Source: an uncultured Verrucomicrobiae bacterium
Lineage (GTDB): Bacteria; Verrucomicrobiota; Verrucomicrobiia; Opitutales; JABDGR01
Reading direction: 5' to 3'
Assembly (NCBI GenBank): GCA_963765205.1
Contig: CAVXVB010000007.1
Location: forward strand, 32,001 to 96,000
Length of the DNA: 64,000 bases
The notes under the pieces are model-generated. The model worked only from the letters and a program-made list of their open reading frames with translations. It was not told where the DNA came from and did not search any database. Positions 19,628 to 28,717 of the stretch are shown here, piece by piece (the stretch's first letter is position 1; each line of letters opens with the position of its first letter). Both the position numbers and the translations under genes were made by a program.

Positions 19628-20893
19628 TCACACGATCATTCCCGCCGCCACCGTCGCGTTCGTTTGTTCGTCAATTAAGATGAAACTCCCCGTCGCGCGG
19701 TTTTTTTGATAGCTGTCGTAGAACAGCGGGCCGGAGGTGTGGAGGCTCAGCCGCCCGATGTCGTTCAGGCCCAGCTCGAGATCGGCCTCGATTTTGTGCA
19801 GCGTGTTGATGTCCACTTTGTAGCGCACCTCGCGCACCACCGCGCGCAGCTCGCGCGTCGTGTGCCGCAAGATGTAGCGCCCCCGCGGCCGCAACTTCGT
19901 CTCGGAAAACCAGCAAACCATGGCTTCGATTTCCTGGCCGATCTGCGGCGGGTTATTCTCCTTCACCAGCATGTCGCCCCGGCCAATGTCAATCTCGTCC
20001 GCCAAAGTAATCGCCACCGACAGCGGCGAAAACGCCTCGGGCAGTTCGCCGTCCATCGTGTGGACGCCCGTCACCCGCGACTTGAAGCCCGAAGGCAGCG
20101 CCACCACCTCGTCCCCCTTCTTGAACACCCCGCCGGCCACCCGCCCGGCATAGCCGCGGAAATCGTGATATTTCGAAATATGCGGGCGGATCACATACTG
20201 CACGGGGAACCGCGCCTCGACGTGGTTCGCGTCCGGCCGCACATACACCGTTTCGAGGTGGTAGAGCAACGTCGGCCCCTGATACCAGGGCATATTGTTC
20301 GATTTATCCACCACGTTGTCGCCCTTGAGCGCCGAAATCGGGATGAATGTCATCTCGACCAGATTGTCCAAACGCGAGGCGAATTGTTTGAACGCGGCGG
20401 CGATTTCGGTGAACACGTCCTCGCGCCATTCCATCAAATCCATCTTGTTCACCGCAATGACAACGTGCTGGATGCGCAGCAGGTTGGCGATGAACGCATG
20501 CCGGCAGGTCTGCTCAATGACGCCCTTGCGTGCGTCAATCAGGATGATGGCGAGGTTCGCCGTCGAGGCGCCCGTCACCATGTTGCGCGTGTATTGGATA
20601 TGCCCCGGCGTGTCGGCGATGATGAATTTGCGCCGCGGCGTGGCGAAATAGCGGTAGGCCACGTCAATCGTGATGCCCTGTTCGCGCTCGGCCCGCAGCC
20701 CGTCCGTCAGCAGCGCAAGGTCCACATAATCGGTGCCGCGCTGCTTGGACGCGCGCTCGACCGCCTCGAGCTGGTCCTCGAAAATGTTCTTGCTGTCATA
20801 CAGCAAGCGCCCGATGAGCGTGCTCTTGCCGTCGTCCACGCTCCCCGCGGTGGTGAAGCGCAATAAGTCCATGTCCAAATATCCGGTGCTCAT
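19628..20893 (-). CDS. cysN: Sulfate adenylyltransferase subunit 1
   Basis: 'GSVDDGKSTLIGRLL', 'EREQGITIDVAY', 'DTPGH', 'NKMD'. Confidence 0.95.
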   Translation of the reverse strand: MSTGYLDMDLLRFTTAGSVDDGKSTLIGRLLYDSKNIFEDQLEAVERASKQRGTDYVDLALLTDGLRAEREQGITIDVAYRYFATPRRKFIIADTPGHIQYTRNMVTGASTANLAIILIDARKGVIEQTCRHAFIANLLRIQHVVIAVNKMDLMEWREDVFTEIAAAFKQFASRLDNLVEMTFIPISALKGDNVVDKSNNMPWYQGPTLLYHLETVYVRPDANHVEARFPVQYVIRPHISKYHDFRGYAGRVAGGVFKKGDEVVALPSGFKSRVTGVHTMDGELPEAFSPLSVAITLADEIDIGRGDMLVKENNPPQIGQEIEAMVCWFSETKLRPRGRYILRHTTRELRAVVREVRYKVDINTLHKIEADLELGLNDIGRLSLHTSGPLFYDSYQKNRATGSFILIDEQTNATVAAGMIV

Positions 20894-20964
20894 GGTAAAA
20901 AAAGATTTAAGATTTAGGATTTATGAAGCAAAAAATGGCGCTTGCGTGACTTCATAAATCATAA

Positions 20965-21869
20965 TTAGAAATAACCCTCTTTCTTCCGATCCTCCATCGC
21001 GGTCTCGGAACGCTTGTCATCCGCGCGGCCACCGCGCTCCGTGACCCGCGCCGCGGCCACCTCGTCAATGATATGGTCGAGGGTGGCGGCGGTTGATTCA
21101 ATCGCGCCCGTGCAGGTTGCATCGCCGACCGTGCGAAAGCGCACAAGGCGTTCCCCCGCCTTTTCACCGGGCTGCACGGTGATGAAATCCGTCACCGCCA
21201 GCAGCGTGCCCGCGCGTTCGAGCACCGGGCGGCGGTGCGCGAAATACAAACTGGGCAGCGGAATGTTTTGCTGCTTGATATACTGCCACACGTCCATCTC
21301 CGTCCAATTCGAAAGCGGGAACACGCGGAAGTGCTCGCCGAAATGCTTGCGCCCGTTGAAAATATTCCACAGTTCCGGCCGCTGGTTCTTCGGTCCCATT
21401 CGCCGAACTGGTTGCGGTGGGAGAAAAACCGTTCCTTGGCGCGCGCCTTTTCCTCGTCGCGCCGCCCGCCGCCCAGCGCCGCGTCGGCTTTCAGCGCAGT
21501 GAGCGTGTCCAGCAGTGTCACCGTCTGCAATTTGTTGCGGCTGGCCGCCGGGCCGCTTTCCTCGACCACCCGCCCCTGCCGGATGCTTTCCGCGACCGAG
21601 CCAACCTGCAAAACGGCCTCCATCTCCATGACGAACCGGTCGCGGAACTCAATCGTCTCCGGGAAATTGTGCCCCGTGTCAATATGCACCAGTGGAAACG
21701 GCAGCCGCGCCGGCCAGAACGCCTTGCGCGCCAGCCACGTCATCACAATAGAGTCCTTGCCGCCGGAAAACAACAGCACCGGCCGCTGAAACTGCGCCGC
21801 CGTCTCGCGCAGGACGTAAATCGCCTCAGCCTCAAGCTGGGCCAGGTGGTTGACGAGGTAGGAGGGCAT
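20965..21869 (-). CDS. cysD: Sulfate adenylyltransferase subunit 2 (one-base frameshift near 21392)
   Basis: 'FSGGKDS', 'GGRRDEEKARAKER'; 'W-D-[P]-KNQRPELW' split across two frames; ends 'KKEGYF'. Confidence 0.93.
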
Positions 21870-21875
21870 GAAATC

Positions 21876-21985
21876 AAATTTATGAATTATGAATTACAAA
21901 TTATGAAACCAAGCCACCGAGGAAATATCTTTGGAATCCTTTTGTGGCCCCGTTTCGTAATTCGTAATTCGAATTTCGTAATTTT
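21876..21985. repeat. Inverted heptamer arrays (GAATTAT / TTCGTAA)
   Basis: ttatgaattatgaattacaaattatgaa ... ttcgtaattcgtaattcgaatttcgtaa; a similar pair lies at about 20903-20965. Confidence 0.8.
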
Positions 21986-22000
21986 CCAGGTCTGGGTGGT

Positions 22001-22738
22001 TCAACTCTTTCTTAATTGATAATGCGGCTTCAGCGCCGACCAGAGTTTTTCGATGCTCGCTGCGTAGTCCATTTTCTCCGTGTCCAGCACCAGGTCGGCC
22101 CGCATGGTGTCCGGCTCCTGGAATTCCTGGTCCACGCCGGTGAATTGCTTCACCGCTCCGGCAATGGCCTGCTTATACATCCCCTTGGGATCCCGCGCCG
22201 CGCAGGCCGTGAGCGACGCTTTCACGTAAACGCCAAAAAAGTCTTTTTCGCCGATGATCTCGCGCGCCAGCTCCCGCAGCGCCTCGCGTGGCGTGATCAA
22301 GGACGCCAGCACGATCACGCCTGACTGTGCGAACAACTTCGCCACCTCGGCCACGCGCCGGATATTTTCCCGCCGCGCCAGGTCGCCAAAGCCCAGGTCA
22401 TGGTTCAGCCCGGCGCGGATATTGTCGCCATCCAGCACCTGCACCAGCCGTCCCTCCGCGAACAACGTCCGCTCCAACCCCAGCGCCAGCGTGCTCTTCC
22501 CCGCGCCTGACAAGCCAAATAACCAGCACACCACCCCGCGCTGCTTCAAGTGCGCCTCCCGCTCCGCGCGCGACAGCATCCGGTCAAAGTGCGGAAAAAG
22601 TTTTTCCGGCGCTTTGCCTGCGGCTTTGCTTGGCACCTTGCTCGCGCTTTTGCTGGAAGCGCGGCTCGATGCTTTGATTTGGATTTTCTTTTTCTTGGAC
22701 GGCACGGGGTATCTTAGGTTCGTTGCCCAACAAACCAT
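22001..22738 (-). CDS. cysC: Adenylyl-sulfate kinase (start uncertain)
   Basis: 'GLSGAGKST', 'LDGDNIR', 'RRENIRR', 'RDPKGMY', 'FTG'. Confidence 0.93.
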   Translation of the reverse strand: MVCWATNLRYPVPSKKKKIQIKASSRASSKSASKVPSKAAGKAPEKLFPHFDRMLSRAEREAHLKQRGVVCWLFGLSGAGKSTLALGLERTLFAEGRLVQVLDGDNIRAGLNHDLGFGDLARRENIRRVAEVAKLFAQSGVIVLASLITPREALRELAREIIGEKDFFGVYVKASLTACAARDPKGMYKQAIAGAVKQFTGVDQEFQEPDTMRADLVLDTEKMDYAASIEKLWSALKPHYQLRKS

Positions 22739-22782
22739 AAATAAACGTCTTTGTCCAGATTTATTTTATAATTCATTGATAA

Positions 22783-24152
22783 TCAATGAAATTTAATCTC
22801 TATGAGCAAAATCCAGATGAGGAAAATAGGATTAGATTCTAAATACTGGAACTCTTTCCAATACCACTGGCCGTTAATTTTGACAAGGGTCCGCGGGTGG
22901 AGTCCTCCATTAAAATCCTTGTAGATATAGGTGGCTTCGTCGCCAGCGTCGTTGAAAGTTGGGGACTGATTCTCAAGTTCCTCGTAAGACTCCGCTTCTG
23001 CTTCGTTGTGCCGCTGGAAACTAGAATAGTCCTGAATCGCCTCCGTGCGGGCATTGTCTATCTCCCCTTGTGTAAAGCGGGGGTCTAATTTATCGGGCGG
23101 AGTGTAATTTTGATAAAAATCCGCCCAGTCGCCAATCCGCATCAAACGCGCCATGTCCGATAAGGCGGCATTCAACTCGATTTTGGAATTAGCGTTCGGA
23201 TTGGAGGCTGGTGTAGTTTGGGGTTGAGCGGCGGCAACTGACGCAGGGTCTGGTTTCGGCGCGGGCGGCGCAATCGGCACCGTCATGACCTTAGGTGCTG
23301 TGACCAATGGCGCGGGCGCGGCGACATCTTCCTTTGCCTTGGCGGCCGTCGTCGCTTCCCTGGCGATTGCGTAAAGAACATCCACAAGACGGTGACCATT
23401 AGAATGATCGCCCCGGCGAGGAGGGTTTTGTTTTTGGTGCTCATAAGCAGAATTTTCAGGAAAATGCCTTCCGCGGCGACGCCCACGCCGATGCCCAGGC
23501 CCGCGCCAGCCTCCGCACCTGCCAGCGACGCCCCGGTCATGCTCTCGGCCAGGCCCGTCGGCGCGGCCTGCACGGAATTCGCGCTGATAGCTGCCGCCAG
23601 CAGCGCCGAGGTCGCCGTCACACCGCGCCGCGCAAAATGCCCGCGCAGTTTTTCCAGCGCGAGCTCGACGCGTTTGCGCGCGGTGTCCTCGCTCAAGCCC
23701 AGCGCCGCGCCGACTTCCTGGTGGCTCGAACCCTGGAAGAAACGCAACAGTACGGCTTGGCGGTCGTCCTCGCGCAAGCCGCCGACGGCCTCATCCAAGA
23801 GTGGGCCAATCTGCTTCCAGTTCACTGCCGACGTAGTGGAGGTGGTTTGCATGATGGCGGACTCCTGTTCGCGGGCGCGGCGGCGTTCCTCGCCGCGCAC
23901 GGCATTGATGGCGCAGTGCCGCGCCGTGGTGTGCAGCCAGCCGGCGAGGGTGTCGTAATGGGCCAGCGCCGCCGCCGACCGCGTTAGTTGGGTGAAGACG
24001 CTTTGCGCCACATCCTGCGCGAGCGCGCCGTTGGCCGTCACGCGCCAGGCGACGGAATAGACAAAATCCATCTGTCGCCGCACCAGCTCGCCAAACGCCG
24101 CCTCGTCGCGGCCCTCGGCATAGCGGCGGAGCAATTCGGCATCGGTGGTCAT
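22783..24152 (-). CDS. ECF sigma-70 factor fused via a TM helix to an extracytoplasmic domain (apparent frameshift near 23360)
   Basis: 'TDAELLRRY...AFGELVRR', 'AQDVAQSVF', region 4; then a hydrophobic segment. ORF 22783-23385 continues with a Pro/Ala linker and a domain shared with the two upstream genes. Confidence 0.85.
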
Positions 24153-24214
24153 CGGCGGCGCGGAGTTTTGCCTACTATACACCGCCGGTCCGCAAACCGG
24201 ACAAGGATTTTCCC

Positions 24215-24841
24215 TCACCGCAAATACCAATTGCCGTCCACCTTGATGAAGGTGATGGTGCCGCTCGATCCCCCGGGGCTGTTATAGACGCCGCTGGATG
24301 CGCCTGGCGTGTAGGTCGCCTGGGTGCCGTCGGCATTGAATTCCGGGGTCTGGTCTTTGACGGACTCCAGCGTTTGCTGCAACTGGGCCAGCCGCTCATC
24401 CAGGTCCGGCATCTGGCTGAATTGCGCGGCAATGTCCTCGACCGACGCCGCTTGACCGCTGGCAATCATTTTTTGGATTTCGTCCGGCGGCATCAACGTC
24501 TTGATCAGGCCGGGGATGTCTTTCGCCTCGAGTATTTTGAGGGTTTGGGCGATGCAGGCATCCAAGTCCTGCTGCGGCTGCGGCTCTAACTCACCAGTGG
24601 CTGCGGGAGCAGCGGCGGGCGCGGACACGGACTGTGCCGCGACCACCACCGGTGGCAAAATCGGCGCCGCCACCGCGGACCGCGGCGGAGCAATGCCCGG
24701 CACAATCGGCTTCGGCGTGGTCGCCAGCGCATTCGCCACGGGTTCCGGCGTGGCGGACTTTGCGGGCGCACGGAAACTCCACACGGCATAGCCCGCCCCA
24801 AGCAGCACAACGACCCCCACGAACAATCGCAAAAATTTCAT
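24215..24841 (-). CDS. Membrane-anchored hypothetical protein (paralog B)
   Basis: N-terminal TM, Pro/Ala linker, 'LEAKD...LMPPD...QTPEFNADGTQATY...FIKVDGNWYLR'. Confidence 0.8.
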   Translation of the reverse strand: MKFLRLFVGVVVLLGAGYAVWSFRAPAKSATPEPVANALATTPKPIVPGIAPPRSAVAAPILPPVVVAAQSVSAPAAAPAATGELEPQPQQDLDACIAQTLKILEAKDIPGLIKTLMPPDEIQKMIASGQAASVEDIAAQFSQMPDLDERLAQLQQTLESVKDQTPEFNADGTQATYTPGASSGVYNSPGGSSGTITFIKVDGNWYLR

Positions 24842-24864
24842 AATGTTGAATTCTAGGCCGGCGT

Positions 24865-25476
24865 TCACCGCAAATACCAATTCCCCTCGACCTTGATGAA
24901 TACGACATTGCCATTCGAACTGCCCACGCCCGTATAGGGCACAGCTATCTTGTATGTCGCCTGCGTGCCGTCCGCATTCATTTCCGGCGTCTGGCCTTTG
25001 ACCGTCTCCAGCGCCCCCTGCAACTGCAGCATCAACTGGTCCACATCCGACCGCGCGCTATACATCGCCGCGATATCGTCCACCGACGCGGCCTGCCCGC
25101 TGGCCACCATGCGCTGGATGGCATCAGGCGGCATCAGGGTTTTGACCAAACTGAGGACATCTTTGGCCTCCAACAATTGAATCGTCTGATTAATGCAATC
25201 ATTGAGGTCCGGCTGCGGCTGGTAATCAAAAGGCTTGGGCGTCGCCGCGGCCGCCGCAGGCGAGGACGCCATCGCCACCGGTGGGGCTACGGGTGGCGCC
25301 ACGGCCAGCTTCGGCGGTGCGATGACCGCCGACATAATCGGCTTAAGCGCGGGGGCGGGCGGCGCGGCATCCGCCGGTTTCGCCGGCGCATCCGCGCTCG
25401 GCGCGCTGAACTGCCAGAGCATGTAAATCCCTACGACGAGCACCACCACAATAAACAGCAAACGCGCGTATTTCAT
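24865..25476 (-). CDS. Membrane-anchored hypothetical protein (paralog A)
   Basis: Same architecture; 'QTPEMNADGTQATY...FIKVEGNWYLR'. Confidence 0.8.
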   Translation of the reverse strand: MKYARLLFIVVVLVVGIYMLWQFSAPSADAPAKPADAAPPAPALKPIMSAVIAPPKLAVAPPVAPPVAMASSPAAAAATPKPFDYQPQPDLNDCINQTIQLLEAKDVLSLVKTLMPPDAIQRMVASGQAASVDDIAAMYSARSDVDQLMLQLQGALETVKGQTPEMNADGTQATYKIAVPYTGVGSSNGNVVFIKVEGNWYLR

Positions 25477-25530
25477 AAAAAAGCGCCTTCATTATGGATT
25501 TACGCCGCCTAGTTCGACAAGATTATATTC

Positions 25531-25636
25531 GGAAGCTGGAAGCTAGAAGTTAGAAGCTGGAATCTGGAAATTGGAAGTTGGAAGTTGGAAGTTGAAGTTC
25601 GGAATTCTAACTTCTAACTCCTAGCTTCTAGCTTCT
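25531..25636. repeat. Inverted heptamer arrays (GAAGYTR x about 9 / TTCTARC x4)
   Basis: ggaagctggaagctagaagttagaagctgg...ttctaacttctaactcctagcttctagcttct, ending immediately before the folC ATG. Confidence 0.85.
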
Positions 25637-25638
25637 CC

Positions 25639-26934
25639 ATGACCTACCTTTCCACTAAAGCCTACCTTTACGGCCTCAAGCAGCAAGTCGGCCCGAAATA
25701 CGGCATTGACCGCATGGCGCTGCTGGCGGAACGCCTCGGGCACCCCGAGCGCGCGTATCCCGTCATTCACGTCGCCGGCACCAACGGCAAAGGCTCCGTC
25801 TGCGCGATGCTCGAGGCCCTCCACCGCCGCGCGGGCCGCACGGTCGGGATGTATACCTCGCCGCACCTCGTCTTTCTCGGCGAACGCATCCAGGTCAACC
25901 GCGTCCCGCTCACGCCCGATGAAATCTGCGGCTATGTCGCCGAACTGCGCCCCCACGCCGCCGCCCTCGCCGCCCGCGACCCGGACGACCAGCCGTCCTT
26001 CTTCGAGTTTATGACCGCCGCGGCCTTCCTCCACTTTGCGCGCAAAAACGTGGACCTCGCCCTCATCGAAGTCGGCCTCGGCGGCCGCCTCGACGCCACC
26101 AACGTCGTGCAGCCGCAACTCTGCGTCATCACTTCGATCGGCCTCGACCATCAGGAATACCTCGGCGACACGCTCGAGAAAATCGCGCGCGAAAAAGCCG
26201 GCATCCTCAAGCCCGGCGTCCCCGTGGTGCTGGGCCGCGTGCCGCCGGAAGCCGAGGCCGCCATCCGCGCCGTTGCCCGTGAACGCGCCGCGCCCCTGCA
26301 CAGCGTCCGTGAAATTTTTGGCGAGGATTTGGAAAAATATCCGGCGACCCGCCTCGCCGGTTCGCACCAACGCGCCAACGCCGCGACCGCCCTGCTCGCC
26401 ACCCGCGTCCTCGAAAAACCCCTGACCGTTCCTGCTGCCACCACCGCCGCCGCGCTCGCCGAAGTGGATTGGCCAGCGCGCTGGCAAAAATTCCCCCTGT
26501 CCGCCAACCGCACCCTCATCCTCGACGCCTCCCACAATCCCGAAGGCGCGCAAACCCTCGACGAACAACTCCGCCGCCTCCGCGCTGAAACGGGCCGCGC
26601 GCCGATCGTCCTCGTCGGCGCGCTCGGCGAATTCCGCGCCCGCGCGCTCCTGGAAGTCGCCGCCCGCCACGCGCGGGAAATCATTTTGCTTCAACCCGCG
26701 CAAGCCCGCGCCATCCCGCCCGCCGAACTCGCCCAATTCGTGCCCGCCGCCTTTCGCGGCCCCGTGCGCCCCGGCGTCGTCGCGGAAATTTTTCCCGCGC
26801 CCGGCCAGTGCGCGCTCGGCGCGCCCGGCGACACCCTCGTCGCCACCGGCTCAATTTACCTCCTCGGCGAAATCCTCGAACACTTCGCCCACCCCGCCCC
26901 CGTCGGCGAAGGCGCGCTGCAGGACCGGGTGTGA
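25639..26934 (+). CDS. folC: Folylpolyglutamate/dihydrofolate synthase
   Basis: 'HVAGTNGKGS', 'YTSPHL', 'EVGLGGRLDATN', 'EKAGI', 'DASHNP', 'TGSIYL'. Confidence 0.95.
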   Translation: MTYLSTKAYLYGLKQQVGPKYGIDRMALLAERLGHPERAYPVIHVAGTNGKGSVCAMLEALHRRAGRTVGMYTSPHLVFLGERIQVNRVPLTPDEICGYVAELRPHAAALAARDPDDQPSFFEFMTAAAFLHFARKNVDLALIEVGLGGRLDATNVVQPQLCVITSIGLDHQEYLGDTLEKIAREKAGILKPGVPVVLGRVPPEAEAAIRAVARERAAPLHSVREIFGEDLEKYPATRLAGSHQRANAATALLATRVLEKPLTVPAATTAAALAEVDWPARWQKFPLSANRTLILDASHNPEGAQTLDEQLRRLRAETGRAPIVLVGALGEFRARALLEVAARHAREIILLQPAQARAIPPAELAQFVPAAFRGPVRPGVVAEIFPAPGQCALGAPGDTLVATGSIYLLGEILEHFAHPAPVGEGALQDRV

Positions 26935-27145
26935 AACACCTCTTTGAGTAACGCATTTTGAAATTTGGATAAAGACAGCTCTCCAAGCCGTCCGCCTCCA
27001 CCCCACCCCCAAACCGGGATGGACGACCTTCTTCATTTTTGCCATATTTTCGCCCAACCCCCCGCCCCCATCCCGCCCGCGGCCCCTTGTTTTTCGACGC
27101 TTGGTTTCGTAATTCGTTATTCGTAATTCCCAACTTCTCCGCCCC

Positions 27146-28666
27146 ATGCCCCGCCTTTCCCGCCGCCGTTTCCTCGGCCAAGTCGCCGGCGCTTCCGTTG
27201 CTGCCTCCCTTGGCCCGACTCTCCGCGCGCAAGCCCCGGCGGCCACGCCCGTCCCCGCGCGCAAACGCAACGTGTTGTTCTTCATGTCCGATGACATGCG
27301 GGTCGAGCTGGGCTGCTACGGCAGCAGGTTTGGCGCGCAGACGCCCAACCTCGACGCCCTCGCCAAGGCCGGTGTCCGCTTCGATCGCAACTATTGCCAG
27401 TTCCCGCTCTGCAATCCCTCGCGCGCCTCGCTGATGACGGGCCGCCGCCCCACCAGCACCGGCGTCCTCGGCAATCGCACGAATTTCCGCACCCTCCATC
27501 CCGACTGGGTCAGCCTTCCGCAATTTTTCAAGAATAATGGCTACGTCACCGCCCGCACCGGCAAAATTTTCCACGGCGGTCTCGACGATCTTCAGGCCTG
27601 GACAGTCGGCGGCGGCGTGGCCGAAGGCGACGGCGGCGCGGGCGGCCACGACCTCGTCGTCACGCGCGGTCCCGTCCCACCCCAGCCCGCGAACGTTCTG
27701 CCCCCACTGCCGCAGGACATCTCCCAAGCGCCGCACTCCGACCGCCTCGTCGTCCTCGACGGCATGGGCGAACGCCACCCGGATTATCACACCGCCGACA
27801 CGGCCATCCAATACCTGAATCAATACAAGGACCAGCCGTTTTTTATCGGCTGCGGCTTCGTCAAGCCCCACAGCCCGCCCTGCGCCCCGCAGCATTTTTT
27901 CGATTTGTATGACGTGAACAAAATCGCACTCACGCCGGACTTCGCCGCGTGGCCCACCGTGCCCCCGGGCTTTCCGCCCGCCGCCATCCGCATGCTCAAT
28001 GCCGACCTGTTCATCGGCCGCGGGGCGAGCGAAGCCGAGGCCAAGGAAGTCATCCGCGCCTATATCGCCGCCATTTCGTGGGCCGACTGGAACCTCGGCC
28101 GTGTCCTCGCCGAGCTGGACCGCCTAGGCTTGCGCGATAACACCGTTATCGTGTTTGTTTGTGACCATGGATATCAACTTGGCGAAAAGGGCAAATGGTC
28201 CAAGGCCGGCTCGCTCTTCGAGATGGGCACGCGCGTGCCGCTCATCATCTCCGCCCCCGGCCTGAAGGGCCGCGGCCAGTCCTGCCTGCGCGTGGTCGAG
28301 TCGCTCGATATTTACCCCACGCTCCTCGAACTGTGCAATTTTACGACGCCCGACCCGCTCGAAGGCGTCAGCCTCGCGCCGTTGCTCAATAATCCCCAGG
28401 CCGCGTGGAACCGCCCCGCTTACAGCGTCTGGAGCGAGGATGGCGCCACCCTCCACGGCGTCGCCGTCCGCACCGAAAAATGGCGCTACGCCGAATTTGG
28501 CCCCGCCGGCAAAAACGACGCGATGCTCTTCGACCCGCACGCTGACCCGCTCGAAATGAAAAACCTGGCCGCCGACCCTGCTCAGAAGAGCGTGTGTGAC
28601 GAACTTTCCGCTCTGACCCGGAAATACGCCGCTTCCCTCAACTCCCCGCCGCCGCCACCAAAGTAG
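27146..28666 (+). CDS. Tat-exported formylglycine sulfatase (iduronate-2-sulfatase-like)
   Basis: 'SRRRFL' Tat motif; 'SDD'; 'CNPSRASLMTG'; 'GKIFH'; 'DHGYQLGEKG.W.K'. Confidence 0.92.
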   Translation: MPRLSRRRFLGQVAGASVAASLGPTLRAQAPAATPVPARKRNVLFFMSDDMRVELGCYGSRFGAQTPNLDALAKAGVRFDRNYCQFPLCNPSRASLMTGRRPTSTGVLGNRTNFRTLHPDWVSLPQFFKNNGYVTARTGKIFHGGLDDLQAWTVGGGVAEGDGGAGGHDLVVTRGPVPPQPANVLPPLPQDISQAPHSDRLVVLDGMGERHPDYHTADTAIQYLNQYKDQPFFIGCGFVKPHSPPCAPQHFFDLYDVNKIALTPDFAAWPTVPPGFPPAAIRMLNADLFIGRGASEAEAKEVIRAYIAAISWADWNLGRVLAELDRLGLRDNTVIVFVCDHGYQLGEKGKWSKAGSLFEMGTRVPLIISAPGLKGRGQSCLRVVESLDIYPTLLELCNFTTPDPLEGVSLAPLLNNPQAAWNRPAYSVWSEDGATLHGVAVRTEKWRYAEFGPAGKNDAMLFDPHADPLEMKNLAADPAQKSVCDELSALTRKYAASLNSPPPPPK

Positions 28667-28717
28667 CAACGTGGTTTTTCCTCACTCTGTTGCGCCCCGT
28701 CGGTATTTTTCAACTTC

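Noticed and set aside
25531..25636. Repeat arrays as CRISPR
   Set aside because: Units are 7-9 bp in tandem with no unique spacers, and no cas genes are present.
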